From positions 16,668,588 to 16,732,587 of the forward strand of contig NC_068990.1 of NCBI RefSeq assembly GCF_001194135.2: 64,000 nucleotides of DNA, read 5' to 3'. Source of the stretch: Octopus bimaculoides (taxonomy: Eukaryota). Each line of letters starts with the position of its first letter. Within the stretch, counting starts at the first letter, position 1. A program made the position numbers and the translations under genes. Below the pieces are notes generated by a model. It made no database searches. It saw only the letters and a list, made by a program, of their open reading frames with translations, and was not told the origin of the DNA. This document shows positions 61,989 to 64,000 of the stretch, piece after piece.

Positions 61989-63406
61989 CAAGCATACACA
62001 TGAACATATTTACGTATTTTACATAATGCAAACATACACTCATGCATCTTCTGTGTATGTGTGTATGCTTGTGCAAATGTAATTGTGTGTTCACATGCAT
62101 ATGCTTATGTATCCAAATCTGTGTGTGTATGTGTGTGTTCATGTGAATATATAGAGATGCAATATGACCAAACAGTTAAGAAGTTTACTTTGCAATTACA
62201 AGGTCCCAGGTTCAATCCAACTACATAGCATCTCGGACAAATGTCATTTTCTATGGCCTTTGCTCAACCCATACCTTGTAAGTGAAATTGCATTGATGGA
62301 AACTGTATGGAATCTTGCTGGATTGTATCTATAATTTAGAAAGTACTCCCTGAAACTTGGGTGTATGGCCCCTACATCCTCCTCATTCCATCTTTATCAT
62401 CTTTCTTTCTCCTCTCTCTATCCCTCAATACTACTCTCCCCTCAGTTGAGGGGTCTTGTCCTGCAAGTTACTTGCTGACCTCACCACTACCAGAGCCACT
62501 TGTTGGCATTTGAAAGGGCACCCACTTGTAGAAACCATACCAAAACAGACAGCAGGGATTGATGCAGTCTTCTCACTTAACAGTTCCTGTCAAACCATCC
62601 CACCCATGCCAGCATGGGAAATGGATGTTAAATGATAATGATGAGTCACACTGACTCTATTTGAGAATTACATGAAGAGTACACGTCTTTGAAATACTCA
62701 ACCAACTGCTTATTAAATCCTCATCATTGAACAATGGAGATTCACCACTACCTTTTATATATATCATGCTCTAATTTAGAGTTTAGAGTTTGTTAAAAAA
62801 GATTATGCAATTTAAAGAAGCTTCTTTTCATTTGAATTAAAAAGAAATCAATTAAACTATAGCCCTCTACTTTAAAATGGACAAATTGCAGTTAATTACA
62901 GTTTTGGTATATTTTCTCTTTTCTATTTTTTTTCAATTCCATTAAAATTATTTTAAGGGTACTCAACCATTAGAATGTTAATTCAGGGGCAGGTAATTCA
63001 GTTAATCAAACCATTGAATTCTCATCTTCAAACAATGGATATCCACCACCATATCTGAATATGAATACTGATGTGTGCGTGTTTGGGTATGTGTATACAT
63101 TCATGTATGCTTGCATATGGAGATCTGTTTGCATGTATGTATGCATGTGAACATGTATGTATGTGAACATGTATGTACACACACACACACACACACACAC
63201 CCACAGGTGTAGGCATGGCTGTGTGGTTAAGAAGCTTGCTTCCCAATCATAAAGTCTTGGGTTCAGTCCCACTGCAAAGCACCTTGGGCAATTGACTTCT
63301 ACTAAAGCCTTGGGCTGGCCAAAGCCTTGCAAGTGGATTCGGTAAAAAGAAACTGAAAGAAACCTGTTGTGTGTGTATATCCTATATGTATGTGCACATG
63401 CGCACG

Positions 63407-63441
<35 letters not shown>

Positions 63442-64000
63442 CCTATTTATAAAGGACAACATTTTGGTACACACACACACACACACACACACATATGCAT
63501 CTGTGCATTTGCACACACACACACAATGCACACACATCTATAGTTATACTTGTATTTATACATATAAACATAGCTGTACACACAAGAAAATTGGCTAAGT
63601 TGCTAGAGTGGCAGACAGAATGCTTTGTGGTATTTGTTCTGATTGTCTATACTCCAAGTTCAAATCCCACTAACGTCAACTTAAAACTTTCACCCTTTCA
63701 GGGTAGATAAAAAAGGTACCACTCCAACAGAGTAGATTGGCAAAACTATATGAATATCAGACCAGATGCCTTGTGGTATTTGTTCCAGCTCTTTCTGTTC
63801 TTAGTTCAGGTCCTGCTTTGGCCTACTTGGTGGGATTGACTCAATCCATAACCTGATTTAACATAACCACCTGACCCTTTGCATGCTTTGGCAGGGTCCA
63901 TCCTGTTGCAAGACGCATTCAGAACAGGTCTCTGGTTTGAAAGTATCCTCACCATCCCCCTTCAATAGTCTGGGATGCCTTGTAAAGGGTCATCGGCATG

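Noticed and set aside
62640-63055. Two similar exon-like peptides (GSGESPLFNDEDL, GGGYPLFEDENSM)
   Set aside because: Flanking DNA aligns with the SINE family C body (GTACAC..TACTCAGCCACTTGCAC..TTAATTTC); these are eroded SINE remnants.

Overview
AT-rich, gapped eukaryotic genomic DNA with eight N-runs. It is dense in (TA)n/(CA)n/(GA)n microsatellites and tRNA-derived CORE-type SINEs, a repeat make-up I recognise as octopus (coleoid cephalopod); this is an inference from repeat families, not a database match. No intact host gene can be named. Supported coding remnants are all from mobile elements: a hAT (ZMYM1/DUF4371-like) transposase fossil, two mariner fossils, RTE and CR1 LINE fragments, and a Penelope-like element (PLE) GIY-YIG fragment. 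The most notable structure is a set of hammerhead ribozyme (HHR) folds in PLE-type terminal repeats, from at least three sequence families. They occur as inverted (foldback) pairs at 42-598 and 44758-45138, downstream of a tRNA-like Pol III promoter plus (AAT)n in a TSD-flanked PLE at 41781-42619, and as a decayed ~100-bp tandem array at ~46.4-46.9 kb. CpG content drops abruptly at ~17.8 kb and stays low to the window end, apart from young insertions and an island at ~39-40.8 kb. That pattern suggests a long methylated gene body, for which only low-confidence exon candidates can be offered.
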